A DNA stretch of 64,000 nucleotides. Origin: Styela clava (lineage: Eukaryota). The stretch lies in NCBI RefSeq assembly GCF_964204865.1, contig NC_135258.1:17024916-17088915 (forward strand), written 5' to 3'. Position 1 is the stretch's first letter. Each line of letters opens with the position of its first letter. This document shows, piece by piece, positions 35,012-48,480 of this stretch. The notes under the pieces are model-generated. The model was not told the DNA's origin. It searched no databases and saw only the letters and a list, made by a program, of their open reading frames with translations. The position numbers and the translations under genes were made by a program.

Positions 35012-37599
35012 TATAGTGAAGGTATGACTCTTATTTATTTATTTTTTTGTAGAGTCTAATTATATGTAGCCTACATTGTTCAAATATAAACAACTACCTA
35101 TTAGGTTTTCCACTATTATTAAACTTGCTACACCTCAAAGATCATTCAATATTCAGTATTGGGTTTGCTTTTATATATATTTATAGTTTATACAATTCAG
35201 ACAATAAAAGACAAACTATTTGACAATACCCCTGGAATGTTTTATTGAGGTTTCGCCACACCAAAATTCTCGATAACCACTGTACTAAAGAGAAGTGAAT
35301 AATTGGAAGTTTTGTATTTGCTCTTCAATTTTTTTTAAATACTACAACACTTCGTGTTTGAAATCTCGTTCAAGCTATTGTGCAATTTTGTATACACTTG
35401 TAAAAAGTGAAAAGCTTGTTTGCTGATGTACATTCTAATTTAATGTTCTGAGGAAAATTTGGTCAGTACCAATGAAATTTTACTTGTTCCACAAACGGTT
35501 GAATTTACCCTTTGCTATTTATTTATATTCATTTTAATACAAGGCAATGTATGTGAATTAACAGACAATCTTTGAGGATTCACTGAAAAAATGTGGAATC
35601 TTTGTAGAATATGGCAAGCCAGTAAATATATATCTTTTCAATTCAAAAATATTATGATAAATTAGCTAAATGAAAACCATTTTGATATCTAAATTTATAA
35701 ATCAATTACATTACAGCTAAAGTTTTCGAAAACGAATCAAGACAATCCACAATGTCAACAGAAACTATTCAATATAAACATGTGTACCGAAGAACTATCC
35801 TTTATTTCTGTCTAAGTCAAGTGAACTATTTTGTTGCATTATTATTTATAGTGGGATCCTAATGTTATAGCTGGTGTATATGCCATGTTTTGCTTGATGT
35901 TCCATTTGTAAAGTGATAGACTATATATATATATATATACAATGTAGATTAGTCACCACTAGAAAATCTGATGTCATAATTTTGTGTATTTGTTTTAATT
36001 GAATATCTAAAAATCTTGCTTTGATTGTGGAATGTTGATAATCCAAATACATTTTATGAAATTCATTGGATTTTTTTTTGAGTTTCTACATCTGTTATAT
36101 ATATTATTGTAGTTTAGGTAGGATTAGGAGAACAAATTTTATTTAGTAAAATTATTTTGTCTGAATATATTGAACATATTAATAAGAATGTATTGTTCGA
36201 TTTTTTTTTTAGATTTGTCATTTCACCTATTGGTTATGTTTCAAAAAATAGATTGATTGCATTGATTTGTTCACTCATATAATAATGCCTCGTACTTATT
36301 AGATCATGCCAGTTTTATTAGGATTTTCTCACCTTTGCTGATTTGAATGTCGAGACTTAGATAGATTGCGTGGATTTTTCCACTCGTACATTAAAATTGG
36401 GTATTTAATAAATAAACCCAGTTTTTTTCACGATTATGTGTTGTTAATATTGATTATGAATGAATCAAAATTTTGCATTAATATAGTCATTTGGAATTAT
36501 CATTATATTATGATTGTAAGTGATTGCTGTAGTTTCATATCATGCCACTGTTTATAACATTTTGAATTACCGTATGTGATTCTATATAGAAATATAGACC
36601 TAGATAGAAGAAGGCTATTGATGATATATAGAGTGTTAAAAAAGTAATGCAAAATTAAGATAAAATTTTTCGTCATGAAAACGTTAAAAAAGTAACTATT
36701 AAAAAGCGTCAGTCGAGGAATGGCATTTCATCATAATTTAATACTATTAAAAGGTGTCAGTGGTTAAATGTTTTAAGTAGCATTTCATCTTAACTTTGTT
36801 AATTTTGCGTTACTTTTCCAACACCCTGGTGATACTATATAGTAGGATTTCAACAAATCTCAAATGTGTTTGATGATGTTCTTTCTAATCTGAATAATAT
36901 ATTTGGCCAAATTGTATTGCTTACGAAACATTCGAATTAATTAATATAAAGGAGTATTATGTTTTGGTAACTTTGTGAAAATCCATTTATATATTTGATT
37001 TGGGTTTGAAAAAATGTTATATATTGCTGTTTATAGGCATCATTGGTTGTGGTGATGTAACAGTATTACTTTTGTAATAAAATTATTATATGTAATAGTA
37101 TCACTTATAGAACCTTATATAAGTATATTGGTATTATGGAACTACAATTATAAAATGAAAAATATGAGTGTATTTTGTGGAAACCAAAAACATTATATCT
37201 TGATAGACAATTGAGTTAAATGAATATACACACTTTTTCCTATAGAATCATTTTTAAGATTAATGTGAGTTTACCTAGAAAGATATATAGAATAAGAATT
37301 TTTTGAAAATCTAGGATCCATTTGTAGACTATTCTGACATATTAGAACGGAAAAAACAAATCTCAATAGTATCAAAGTTTCTATTTTACCAAAACTCACA
37401 CGGGAAACGCATATTAGTCGTGGCAGAGTCTATGTAGATTGCACATGTTGGATTGGGCTAAACATCAACAATTGTGGTTAGAAGGCCACAAGACGGTGCA
37501 CTGGAGTATAGATACCAGTAACTCCATGGTCGAGTGATTTATATTGGTAGGATAGATTTAATAGATGGGAATGAACGTTTAGCTGAAAGACCAGCGTTT

Positions 37600-37745
37600 A
37601 CGTAATTCACTCTTCTTACACATAACTGTCTTCCTTGAGATTGGAACCTGGAAACATTCACAAAGCATTCAGCGATGTGAGGACAGGCGTATTCCTAAGG
37701 CTTAGCGCGATGCGCCAACCGTTGAGCTATTTGTCTCGATCATTT
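37600..37745 (-). mobile_element. tRNA-derived SINE family 2, second copy
   Basis: reverse complement ATAGCTCAACGGTTGGCGCA (D-arm-like) ...GCGCTAAGCCTTAGGAATACGCCTGTCCTCACA...CAGGTTCCAATCTCAAGG; shares the CTTAGGAATA.GC.TGTC core with the 18945-19085 copy. Confidence 0.5.
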
Positions 37746-38282
37746 ACTAAGATCTTTGTGCCTCTAATTAACATTCGAACTGGCTACATGCCCACACTAT
37801 GATATTGCGTAATACAATATAATAATGTGTTACCATTTTTAAGATTATTCAAATTGAATCTACATTTAGATTATGTCGAGCACCCCCTTAAAACCGTAAA
37901 TACGCAGTTTATTTTGCGGAGTTGACGTCAAACACGCTGCTCAAATTTCCATCGATCACAAAGGTGGAACATTGCTAAATATGGTTTAATACAAAACGAA
38001 TTTCTTGGGTATATATACCATCTATCTATCTAATAAACAATTCAAACTGTATATGCATGCATATCAGTTATCAGTCTCCTTAACGCATTGCGGTTATCTA
38101 AGAGAAGATATTATTGATAAAAGGACATAGGAATTTATAAAATTTCATATATTGGGACAAATTAAAATAGTTAGTACTCCAAAGCTCTAAAATTGAAAAT
38201 TCACCAGAACACGAACTTGTAGGGAATATTACAAATTTTAATAAAATGTTTAAAAGTAAAGAAAAAATGATTCTAATTCGAT

Positions 38283-38510
38283 AAATTTACTTATATAACA
38301 CGTCGCTGTAAATTATAACAAGTTCGTATTAAATAGTCCAAAACTTATAGTGACCAAATAACAAAATTGACATGTTACATAAACGATAATTCTGTTTTTT
38401 TGTCTTGTTTATGTAACATGTTACTGACATGTTACATAAACGATATATAATTCTATTTTTGGGTCAATATAGGTTTTATAATTTACAGCGAGGTGTTATA
38501 TAAGTGATTT
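38283..38510. mobile_element. MITE-like element with ~30-bp terminal inverted repeats and internal palindrome/direct repeats
   Basis: left end acttatataacacGtcgctgtaaattataa (38290-38319) matches reverse complement of right end ttataatttacagcgaGgtgttatataagt (38476-38505) with 1 mismatch; internal gacatgttacataaacgata repeated twice plus its inverted copy. Confidence 0.55.
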
Positions 38511-40018
38511 TTTCAAATTGGAAGAAGTATTTGACCAGTTGGGATTTTCCAGTAACATCATTTATTTTGCTCTCAAACATTTTGTTAAAGTTACTAATAT
38601 TCCCTACAAACACACAAATCCATTACTGCGTTATTTATATTATATAGAAGGGAAAAAATAGTTGAATGGAGCTATCGGCTGTTGTGATACAACTTATTGG
38701 ATTTGAATGCTGATACTCAATATAGGGTGATGGTTTTGTTGGCTTTCAAATCCTACTCGTCTGGCTGATATTATACGTAATTATATAACGCCGATTGTCG
38801 GGGTGTCAGTTTACCGTGCTGGATTTTTTCAATTTTTTAGTAATGCAGGATTCCAACGTTCAAAAATATTTTCTCACGCAAGACTTAGATTTTAATTAAT
38901 TTTAATATTAATCGGGTGGAGGTACGCTGTACGTGTATCTACCATAAAAATGATTAAACACAAATGCAAAAATCAGCATTTTAATTCACGTTCGCTCTTT
39001 TGATTATTTTGTAATTGGAATTCATAGCCATGTTCTTTCCAGAAATACAAACTAATATCGCAAACGTAACCACTAACGGAAACGCCTTATCAGATTATTT
39101 AATAAATATATCTAATATTGTATATATATATATATTATCTAGATGCGAACGCATAAAAAGGAATTTGTTCAATTAAGTTACACAGGATGTATATTTAAAT
39201 ATGGACAGTTTTAATTTGTGCACATATGCAAACTAGATGACGTCACACTGACACTTACTGACGACTTTGGTATAATATGGGTCGACACTTTACTATATTC
39301 TGGTTGAAATACTTTGTACAAATAAATTAAAATTATCTTGCTGAATTTTTCTAAAATTGCTACGAGCCATTATTGAATGTCATGAAATTCGGATCTTGAC
39401 AATAAAACGAATTTACGAAAGAAAAACATAGAATATTATGGAAACAATTCGACATGTTATTTCACAATTGTTGTTGTTGTTTTTAGATATATATGTAAAT
39501 AATAAACACATTAGTCAGTGGTTTTATATGCGAATTAATATTAAGCTGAAATCAGTAAAATTTAAATTTCTATATTCTCTTGAAGTCTTTGCCAAATCTT
39601 AAGTGTGTAGGCATTTTGCATCTGTCACAACGAACTAGTGGACTGAACCGACTCAGTGAGTAGAATTATGAAAATATACTAAATGACATGTGGCGTTAAT
39701 TGAAGCATACAAAGATAAACTGATCGGATTGCTTAGGAAATTAATTTTCGGATAAAAACTGGATAATGGATCAGTTTTTAAAATGGTTTTTGTTATTGGA
39801 GTTTTAAAAAAAAACTCATTTCTTTGCAATTAATAAATCGATCGATTTTAGATTCTCTGCACTTGAAGAAGTATCTAGAAGGCTACTTTTGTTAATTTTC
39901 TAGTCCCACGGAAATTGATTTTGCATTCAAAATTTTGCTGTTTTATTTTAATTTATAGTAACTCCCTTATGTGACATATATATGTGGAGACAATTTTAAT
40001 AATCTTTGATATTTTGTT

Positions 40019-40040
40019 CCACATATATATATATATATAT
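40019..40040. repeat. (AT)n microsatellite
   Basis: catatatatatatatatatatat. Confidence 0.7.
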
Positions 40041-40999
40041 TTAAGGTACCAACTAGTAAGTTCAGAAATTGTGATGCTCTACAGTTGCAAATTGAGCAAA
40101 GCATCCTTTCAAAATCATAAACTGTCGGATGGACGAAAAAGCGGACTCTTCATCATTGTTGCTGAGATAAATTTGAAGATTAATATAATTTATCGTTCCA
40201 TATGGTTCATCAAATTACAGGCCTAAAAAATCTTTGTATCTTGCTTTGTATCGTTGCAGACTCTGACTTGCTACAGATGGGGTGGTACCAATAAACATTT
40301 TTGAGAATACTTCAAATGATATAAACAATTTATCACCATTATGTGTTTCAATTTGTTTCCAACTGAATATACCAATTTTCTTTACTGTGAATCAATGCCT
40401 AAAATCGAATAGTATATATGGGTGAATTACAACCCACTTAGTCCTTGGCCTAAATCTTACAAACCTTTTAGCATTTGTAGCTGTGTATATGTCCTTTCCT
40501 GTTTTCTCGCATACTCTCTACGTTACTCGGCGAGACCAACCAGACGAAATTTAAAAAAACACTACGATTTTTGGGTTCAGATAGACCTAACTAATCCTCT
40601 CGATTGAAAACCCGGCAGAACATCATTTTATAAAGATTTAGCAAGTTATAAGCCGACTTCTCACCAAGACAAGAAGAAATTGATTATGTTAAAAAAGACG
40701 TTATTTTCTCCATTCCATTACAGATAAATGTTTATTAGTGGTTAAAAATTTGACCAACCAGACAACAGGTTCAAATTCTATACATGTCCACACACACCCT
40801 ACAACGACCACAATTAAAAGGCACAATAATCTGACATATGTACAATTTATTTTTCCACAAATAGTGATATCAATGCATTACAATTTACCATTATTGTAGG
40901 CAAACAAACTAGACTCATCAAACCTGTTATATTCAAGTAAAATAGATACCGAGCCGCATCGCGACTATATTGCTTACACATGCAAGGAGTGGAAAACAC

Positions 41000-41470
41000 A
41001 CGATTTTTTATAAATTTTTTTTTTCATTTTTGTTCATTAGACTACGCTAAAATATAGAAATCAACTATTACATACAAACAATAAACATTTTCATTCCGTT
41101 TCTAATCTATTTCGACTGAGAAAAATATGGAGAAAATTGAACAACTTGAATTTTTTTTAATTTTTTTTAAAGTAGTTCATTGAGAAACACACTAAATTAT
41201 ATACAAACAATTAACATATTTTTTATTCGATTTTTTTTTTTTAATTTTTGTTTATTAAACTACGCTAAAATATAGAAATCAACTATTACATACAAACAAT
41301 AAACACTTTTTTTTTCTTTTTAATTCTTTTTCGATTGAGAAAAATATGAAAAAAATTGAACAACTTAAATTTTTTTAATTTTTTTTGTTTTTTAGTTCAT
41401 TCAGAAACACACTAAATTATATACAAACAACTAACATATTTTTTTATTCGTTTTTCCTTTTTTTACTAAA
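41000..41470. repeat. tandem repeat, ~220-bp unit x ~2.2 copies (each unit with two related ~110-bp halves), followed by T-rich low complexity to ~41600
   Basis: actacgctaaaatatagaaatcaactattacatacaaacaataaaca recurs at ~41041 and ~41261; ...tcattgagaaacacactaaattatatacaaacaattaacatatttttt recurs at ~41180 and ~41400. Confidence 0.6.
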
Positions 41471-43916
41471 AATTAAAAACAAAACACAAGAACAATTAAA
41501 CACAACTATTTTTTTTTGGATTTTTTATTTTTTATTTTTTTTCTGTTTTAATATTTTGAACTCCATAGAAATAAAATAATGGTAAAAAAAAAAAAAAACA
41601 CCTTTTTACAACTTCCAAATATGGTCTATCGGCTAATTGGGCCACTTTTGGACAAACTATGCTAAATTGTAATCAAAAACAAACAGTAAAATCAACAAAA
41701 TCATTAAACAAAAACTCAGAAAGTTACAATGTAATGTAATTGTATACTCGGCTATGCCTTAACGACATTTTTTACGATTTTATGAGAAAACTTTCATACC
41801 ACAAAAATACAACTTTTCCGTCAAAATAATACATGCTAACTAAATAAGAAAATGTAATACACCAACAGTCCAAATAGTCATATGGAGTTTTACACCATAT
41901 GTAAAACAAAGAAATAAAACAAACTACACACTATTGCGAATAAGAAGATTAAGCGTGAATTAAAGATAACTCTTGCAACAAAAGCTATTTAAATCTGGCT
42001 AATGTTAAATCAAATTTAGACGGCTATATACAAGGCGTTAAAATGCAAAAAAAAGTTTTTTGTGCTCTAGAACGAGCATACTTGTGTGAGGTAACGAACC
42101 AAAGCGACAGTCTGATATCCCGGGATATTTTCAATACCGACCAAATTGAATTAGCAAGTATGGTAGTTTAACAAAATTACAAAAATTAAAGTAACTTTGG
42201 TGCATTTGGATTTGCTAGTAGATACTCTGCTCATATTATTCAGTCAATGTATTGAATGAAATTTTGATGAATGAAACAGAATATACGCATGATAAATGTA
42301 GGAGAAAATTAACAGTAATGATTACATAGATTTTTTCAAATTGAAAAAATTTCTCAGAAATGTCGGCAAATGGAGTTTCTGCGAACCCAATAATGTTTCA
42401 ATATTACTGGTGAATCCGGTATACCAATGTTTTCAAAATATTTATTCGAAACTATAAAATTTCCGATATATAATACTATTGTGTATACAAGTCTATATGT
42501 ACAGCCAATAAGCGCCAGAACATTGGAAAGCGTATGAACATACAGGCTTAAATTTCATTTAAATTTAAATTTATCTAACGATTATTTTTGAATTACTCGA
42601 TATCCGCATAAGCAGAATTTTGTGTGTGAATAACTGAAAAGACGTTTTTTCGTGTTTTTGTGAATGATAATACAATATGAGACAGAAATAATACGTAAAT
42701 TCCTCATTATTTTCCATTGAGGATGTTTGTACCCATCTTATAATGAATTTAAAGAAGAAGATCTAATTTCGAGTTTTCCCAATCATTTTTTGCAACAAAT
42801 TCAAAATATTTGCCCAATAGGTCTAGATTTCTTTAATAATTTTTTTTTTTTGAGAAGTTAACAGAAATATTATAGTAATCACATCAAGTGCAATATGATT
42901 TTAAATAAAACTATTATATTTATTTTGTTCAAATAAATTCATTTCACGTTCGCAAACTTAAAACATATGGCGCCATTAAATGTTAATATTCTCATAATTC
43001 GTGCTGTACGTTTCATTTCGTCTATTAGCGTATTGATCTGGTCAAAAAAGAAGAAAAAAGTTTTTGAGAAGAAAGAGAATAAAGATGAACGAGTTTCGTG
43101 AATCGAGTCCTCTGCCAAAGAATGACTAGCTTCAATGCATTGGATGAGTTACACCCTACGTCATTTCCGGGTTTTGAAAGAAAGATAGTTAAAATGACAG
43201 ACGGTTCGTGTTTCATGAAATGTGTGTGCATATAGCGTTCATTTTGTTGTCCATTGACTGCTTGACCAAGCGTGTTTCATTCAAGAATCAAACTTGGGAC
43301 GAGTTAGCAGAAATATGCCCTTTAAAAGTCAATGAATTGCAATCTGTACTAGATATTTATAGACTGGACAAAATGGACAATGCATTATGTTTAGCTGACC
43401 GTAAGCACGTTTTAAAATCGGGAGTTTAATAAGATAAAACTGATATTAAACGATTTAAATTAATCTTTATCATAAATAGTGATGAAATCTATATTAAAAT
43501 AGACTGCAGCTTTGGTTCTATCACGCTCACACTAATAGTAGGCAACCCTGTAAGGGAGATACGAAAAACAATCCACGAGTAGCCACAAATAATACTCAAA
43601 GTGTTATTTAAACAATTTATGCGTGTACGGAGCGCAGTAAAATAGTAACTTCAACGAATGTTGCTATTTTACTCCAACCCATACACGTCGACCTCCGGTT
43701 ATCATTGACGCCAAATTCGGCCTATGGATATTTCACATTTTCAATAAATGCTATATCCATGGCAGGTGTTTTTCAAATTTTACCGGATATAGGTGGTGAC
43801 CGGAGTTCATGCAATACTAATTGTGACAACTCGCAAATAAAAATCTTGGAAAATCAAGATGAGAATTCTCTCACGTTTACACGCAAGAAGTAAAAAAAGA
43901 AAAAAGAAAAGTCACT

Positions 43917-44324
43917 TCAAGCTTCCGGTGGGACTTCCGGGAGATTCTGGAAAAACTCGTCGACGACATCCTGCGGCAGATGTTCCGTAGTTGGGATCTG
44001 TGGGGTGCGCTGGACGTAAGGTGGAAGTGCTGGATGCTGGATTTGACCTGTAGCAAATGCGTTTAGTTGTCCAAAAGACATAGTTGTAGTCGGGGCAAAC
44101 GTTTTAGGAGGTTGAGGGTAAGAGGAGTAGGATAAACGAGCGTGTTGGCTGGTATAGCTGCTGGAGGGTCGGGTTAAATGGGCGTGGAGCATTTCGGGGG
44201 TAACATGTGAGTATTGGGAATTGAAAGGACGACCATAAACAGCACCTTCCGCATGCAGAGGCGACATGATTTGATGGGCTTGTGCTCGCTTACGTCCGTT
44301 GAGTTTTTTCATATCGGCTTGAAG
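43917..44324 (-). CDS. ANKRA2/RFXANK-like gene, terminal exon: Q/P/S/Y-rich C-terminal extension (LQADMKKLNGRKRAQAHQIM...FFQNLPEVPPEA*)
   Basis: acceptor tttctgtttccag on the - strand; phase 0 join to previous exon; stop at 43917-43919 (ORF 43917..44456). Confidence 0.5.
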   Translation of the reverse strand, partial: LQADMKKLNGRKRAQAHQIMSPLHAEGAVYGRPFNSQYSHVTPEMLHAHLTRPSSSYTSQHARLSYSSYPQPPKTFAPTTTMSFGQLNAFATGQIQHPALPPYVQRTPQIPTTEHLPQDVVDEFFQNLPEVPPEA

Positions 44325-44529
44325 CTGGAAACAGAAAAATAAAATGTGAATTTCAGATGATTTTCTTTTTTGAAATTCACTTTTACTTCCTAATTTATTT
44401 AGACAAAATTTTGAAATTTTGAAAAATAACATTTTTTTGAAAATGCTGAATATCATAGATCATCATATTAAATGACGTTGAAACCATTTGATTAACTTTT
44501 TTTTCATAACAAAAAAAAAAGAATTTTAC

Positions 44530-44660
44530 CTCTTTGAGTTGGTCTGGCAAGAAAGAATGTGCCATTTGACTCATATTGTTTTTGATCGAAGCGTCTGCGT
44601 TCGCTTCCAATAAATTGATAACAATTTGTTTCTGAACTGCAAGATCAACATCGCGGAGAG
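44530..44660 (-). CDS. ANKRA2/RFXANK-like gene, ankyrin exon; (A)LRDVDLAVQKQIVINLLEANADASIKNNMSQMAHSFLPDQLKE
   Basis: aligns with recalled RFXANK/ANKRA2 C-terminal repeat ([25 protein letters not shown]); acceptor ttttacag, donor gtaaaa; exact by ORF 44395..44673. Confidence 0.6.
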
Positions 44661-45699
44661 CTGTAAAATACAAAAATAAGAATAAATACTATGGAGTCAG
44701 AGAACAGATGTCGTATAAACTTGATATTAATATACGGAATTAAACGCAAATCATATTGAAAATTATGTTTTTTTTGTGTGTGCGTGTTGTGATTATGATA
44801 TATACAGTGTGCATATATGGACATGGTGTTTTTACTATTTTTTTTAAAATCACTATATTGTATTATATTTCACAAAATCCATTACCCCAATTCGATATGC
44901 TTACAGCGACTAGGTTTTACGTGGAATGAAACTCAATATATCCGAAGCCATGTTTGGTAAACAACAAATATATATATCGATCCCGTTTCTATTAACTAAT
45001 CGTACATCCGTGTATTGCTTCTACATTTATTGTTAATGGAACATGTTACGACACCCCGATGCGTAAGTGTGACGCACGGGAAGTCACGTTGCATTTTATT
45101 TCTGTGGACCAAAACTATTTCTCACTTAATTTAATGCCTTGAGTAGCTTTCTATAATGTGTGAATAACTCAAAATCTAAATTTGCTTAGTAAGCCTTATA
45201 CAACGTGAGAAAAATATTAATCAAAATACCATGTTCTTACAGATAATATCCTTCAAATTAATAAAGAAATTTAAATTAAATTTACAGTGCAGGCCTCCCT
45301 GAATAAGGACTTACGCAACGTCGTATGTTTTTCACATTTATGAATCCTAATGATAAATAATAAATCGAAAGGAAAAAATAATGTAAGTGCTATTCTGGGA
45401 AACATAATTACGGAATTAGTGCATCAGACTAAAATGATAAGATCAAAATATGTGTTTCGATCACGGAGCAAGCCAATAGCATAATATTCAATCAGAAAGA
45501 AACAGTGCCAAACAGTGCAAAATTAAGCGGAGAGAACGTAGACAGACGCAACCACAAATATAAATGCACCAGCCAACAGGCCGAGTAAATTTCTATTTTA
45601 TTGCCTGAACTTGAAGAAATAATTTTTTTTTATACCCTTTCTGCTCCGAGCAAAGCTCTGCACAAGCCGCCACAGTTAGGTAAGAAAATAAAATAGTTT

Positions 45700-45860
45700 G
45701 AAAGGAAATTAATCTTCCCGGTTCGGTATAACCCACCCAATCCAATATACTATTGGTGAGTAGGTGAGCTTGGTATTCGAAGTCGGGATTTTGACCTGCG
45801 ATTCCATCATAGTTAAGACTAACACTTTAACTCCTAGGCCACCACACTTACAAAAATATG
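45700..45860 (-). mobile_element. tRNA-derived SINE family 1, third copy (intron of ANKRA2-like gene)
   Basis: gggattttgacctgcgattccatcatagttaagactaac parallels gggatttgaactcgaggtgttacctgcgatgcaacagttagttaagtc of the 2030-2240 copy. Confidence 0.4.
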
Positions 45861-45993
45861 AAAAAATGAACGCAGAGGCAAAGTTATTCGGTTGCTTTTT
45901 TAAAAATATTTAAAATCTTGGCAAGTAGAGGCATTAACTTTAATATCTGTCTAATTTTATAGTTGGCTATTGAGAACTGTCGGTGGTAGTTAC

Positions 45994-46150
45994 CTGTAGC
46001 TCTATGTAAAGCTGTGTTTCCGTCGTATGAAGTAGCATTGATTCCCACGTATCGTTTAGGGTCTTCACGTTTCGATAGAATCATTGCAACTGTGCTTGCG
46101 TTCCTGCTTTTTACTGCGGCAATGAGAGCTGTTTCACCACCGCTTTTTTC
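45994..46150 (-). CDS. ANKRA2/RFXANK-like gene, ankyrin exon; EKSGGETALIAAVKSRNASTVAMILSKREDPKRYVGINATSYDGNTALHRAT
   Basis: ankyrin consensus (G-TALH, ILS-R-D); aligns with recalled [48 protein letters not shown]; acceptor ttcttctag, donor gtaact; phase 1 out. Confidence 0.6.
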
Positions 46151-47332
46151 CTAGAAGAAAAATTGTCGTGTGTCATTAATTTTTTTAGTATCGAAAGTCG
46201 AAATATAAAAAAAAATGAGAGGCCCAGACGTCCAGACATGCGATTGTTACAAGATCCGGTGCAGACAAAAATGAATTACATTCATAAAAGCCAACAAAAA
46301 ACCTGAAATATCTAAAAATAGGCAAAAAATCCGCATGTACGTCAATCGGTTTGTTAATAAATCAGATTTTTGGGATAATGGAGGTTTTTGTATATCCTGG
46401 GGGCAATACTGCGTACCATTGTGCTGCAACCGATAATAACACAGACGAATATGTTCGAAACACCCACATGCATTGTTAACAATGAGCATTGTTTGAAAAC
46501 CTATATTTGGAGTTAAAACAAACCACTAATATTAACTTTTTTATAATGTAATTTAAGTGAACTGCCCCTTCAAACAATAAGGCTTTGTCTGGATAGTGTA
46601 AGTAGATTTTGGATACCAATCACCAAATGATATTAATAAGAACAGTATAGGGAAAGGGAAATGCTCCATCATATTTTTATTAATAGGATGTTTTGAGGTC
46701 GACTACGACGTCACGACGACCCGGATGCGGAAACATTGGAGAACACCAAATTTTTGAGGTGTCTTCCGTGTCGAAGTAAAAAATAAAGGTATATAAATTT
46801 TTAGGAAATTAAATGCTGAAGAAAAATAATTTGAATATCTTGAACTGATTTTATTTTAAACATGACCTGTTTAATAGAGTATAATAAGATCGGATTTTTT
46901 TTGGTATTTTATAAGTGGAAAACATCCGACCGGATGTTGCGGGCCACACCGCATACAAATCCCATAACAGGTTATAATCCTACCGGTACAGCTATCGGTC
47001 GGTTCACCTGATTCACGTCACACTTGGATCATAATCAAATCAAATTAACGGTTTGATGTAATTTACCACGATTTGAAATTCCCGCTATTAATTAAAGAAT
47101 ATAAGGGTAATGCCCTATCTAAATTTGATTATTTTCACTATTATAAATAGAATAAAAGATTAATAATCTGTCACTTGTCCGGAGTAACGATGTCATTTAT
47201 ACATTTTATAATAGTATTACTAAATACAATGTAACACTTATATTATCTCTGACCATCGTACATTATTTATATCTAATTTATACTTGGCAATTTGTATTAT
47301 TTTCATTGTTAATACTCATCGACATATCATAC

Positions 47333-47421
47333 CTGAATCCATGGATCTGCACCAGCTTCCATTAGTGCCTGGACCGCCCCGATGTTTCCGTACAATGAAG
47401 CTAAATAAATGGGAGTTTCGC
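47333..47421 (-). CDS. ANKRA2/RFXANK-like gene, ankyrin exon; (G)ETPIYLASLYGNIGAVQALMEAGADPWIQ
   Basis: strong match to recalled RFXANK/ANKRA2 [29 protein letters not shown] / [29 protein letters not shown]; acceptor ctttgcag, donor gtatga; exact by ORF 47327..47530. Confidence 0.65.
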
Positions 47422-48428
47422 CTGCAAAGAAAGAGTAATGTTTATTTTTACCATGTAATTTAATTAATTCAGTAGAGTACACGCCTCTATAAGAATTTAA
47501 ACAAAGGAGCAGGAAATTTATATAACTCATAATTTATATAATTAGTTCAATGTTCCGGATTGAATTAAATAAAGTATATTTTAATAAGTGCGGTGCCGAG
47601 AACAGACAGGAATGTATTCCGCTTGAAAAAACACGAAACGTAGTGTTAGTGCATGCGTAATCTATATGTAGCTGCATACTTCCCAATGTTAGGAAAAGGC
47701 TACATGTGTGCGCACGCTAAAAAGACAAACGTACGCTATTTATAAAGCGATATTCCGACACGGCGTTCCTGTATTTTTCCATTGTTACGCTTGAGTGAAG
47801 ACTGTGGCGAAAACAAGTTTACTATAGAGCTCTCTCGACCGTTGCCAATAACAATTCAAGGTAGAATTAATGGAATGGTACGTAGAAATATGGTTGGTGA
47901 AATTTACAATGATCCGAAGTATTAAATATTGGGTTCGGACTGAAATGCTTAAAAGTAATATCGCTGTGTAAGGTTTTCATTTAGAAATCAAGGAACGATT
48001 TTTAACCGGGAATCTTTGCTTCAAAATTCTTTCTATTTCAAAAGCAAAAATTTTATCGGGATAATGAAATACTTAGATTTCAAAATTTCCAACCATTGTT
48101 ATACGTCAAGCGCTTTTTGACGTCTTTCTTCAATCAAGAGTCCTTAAAGGCAAAGTGGGAAATTTTATAGCGTAATTATTCACATGACCTTCAAAACCCG
48201 AAAGTATATAGCAGAACGACATTCTGCATGATATAATTGAACGCCAAAAACGGATTAAAAAAAAATAAAATTCTTTTGAAGTGACGATTTGAAACAATAT
48301 AAAACACGCGAAGTTACGTAGTACCTACGTAATCTAGTGGTTCAGAATTCGGTTTTAGACACGAAATAGCTATTTTTTGACATTGGCGATAAACTGTATA
48401 TATATAATCTTATAATTAATCGGTTTAC

Positions 48429-48480
48429 CTTTCAAATTTGTTCGATTTATAACTCCAGGCAAAACACGGCATACTTGTTC
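48429..48480 (-). CDS. ANKRA2/RFXANK-like gene, exon; EQEQVCRVLPGVINRTNLK(G)
   Basis: aligns with recalled ANKRA2 RIEQENVINHTDEEG; acceptor ttctgaacag, donor gtaaac; phase 1 out completing Gly of next exon. Confidence 0.5.
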
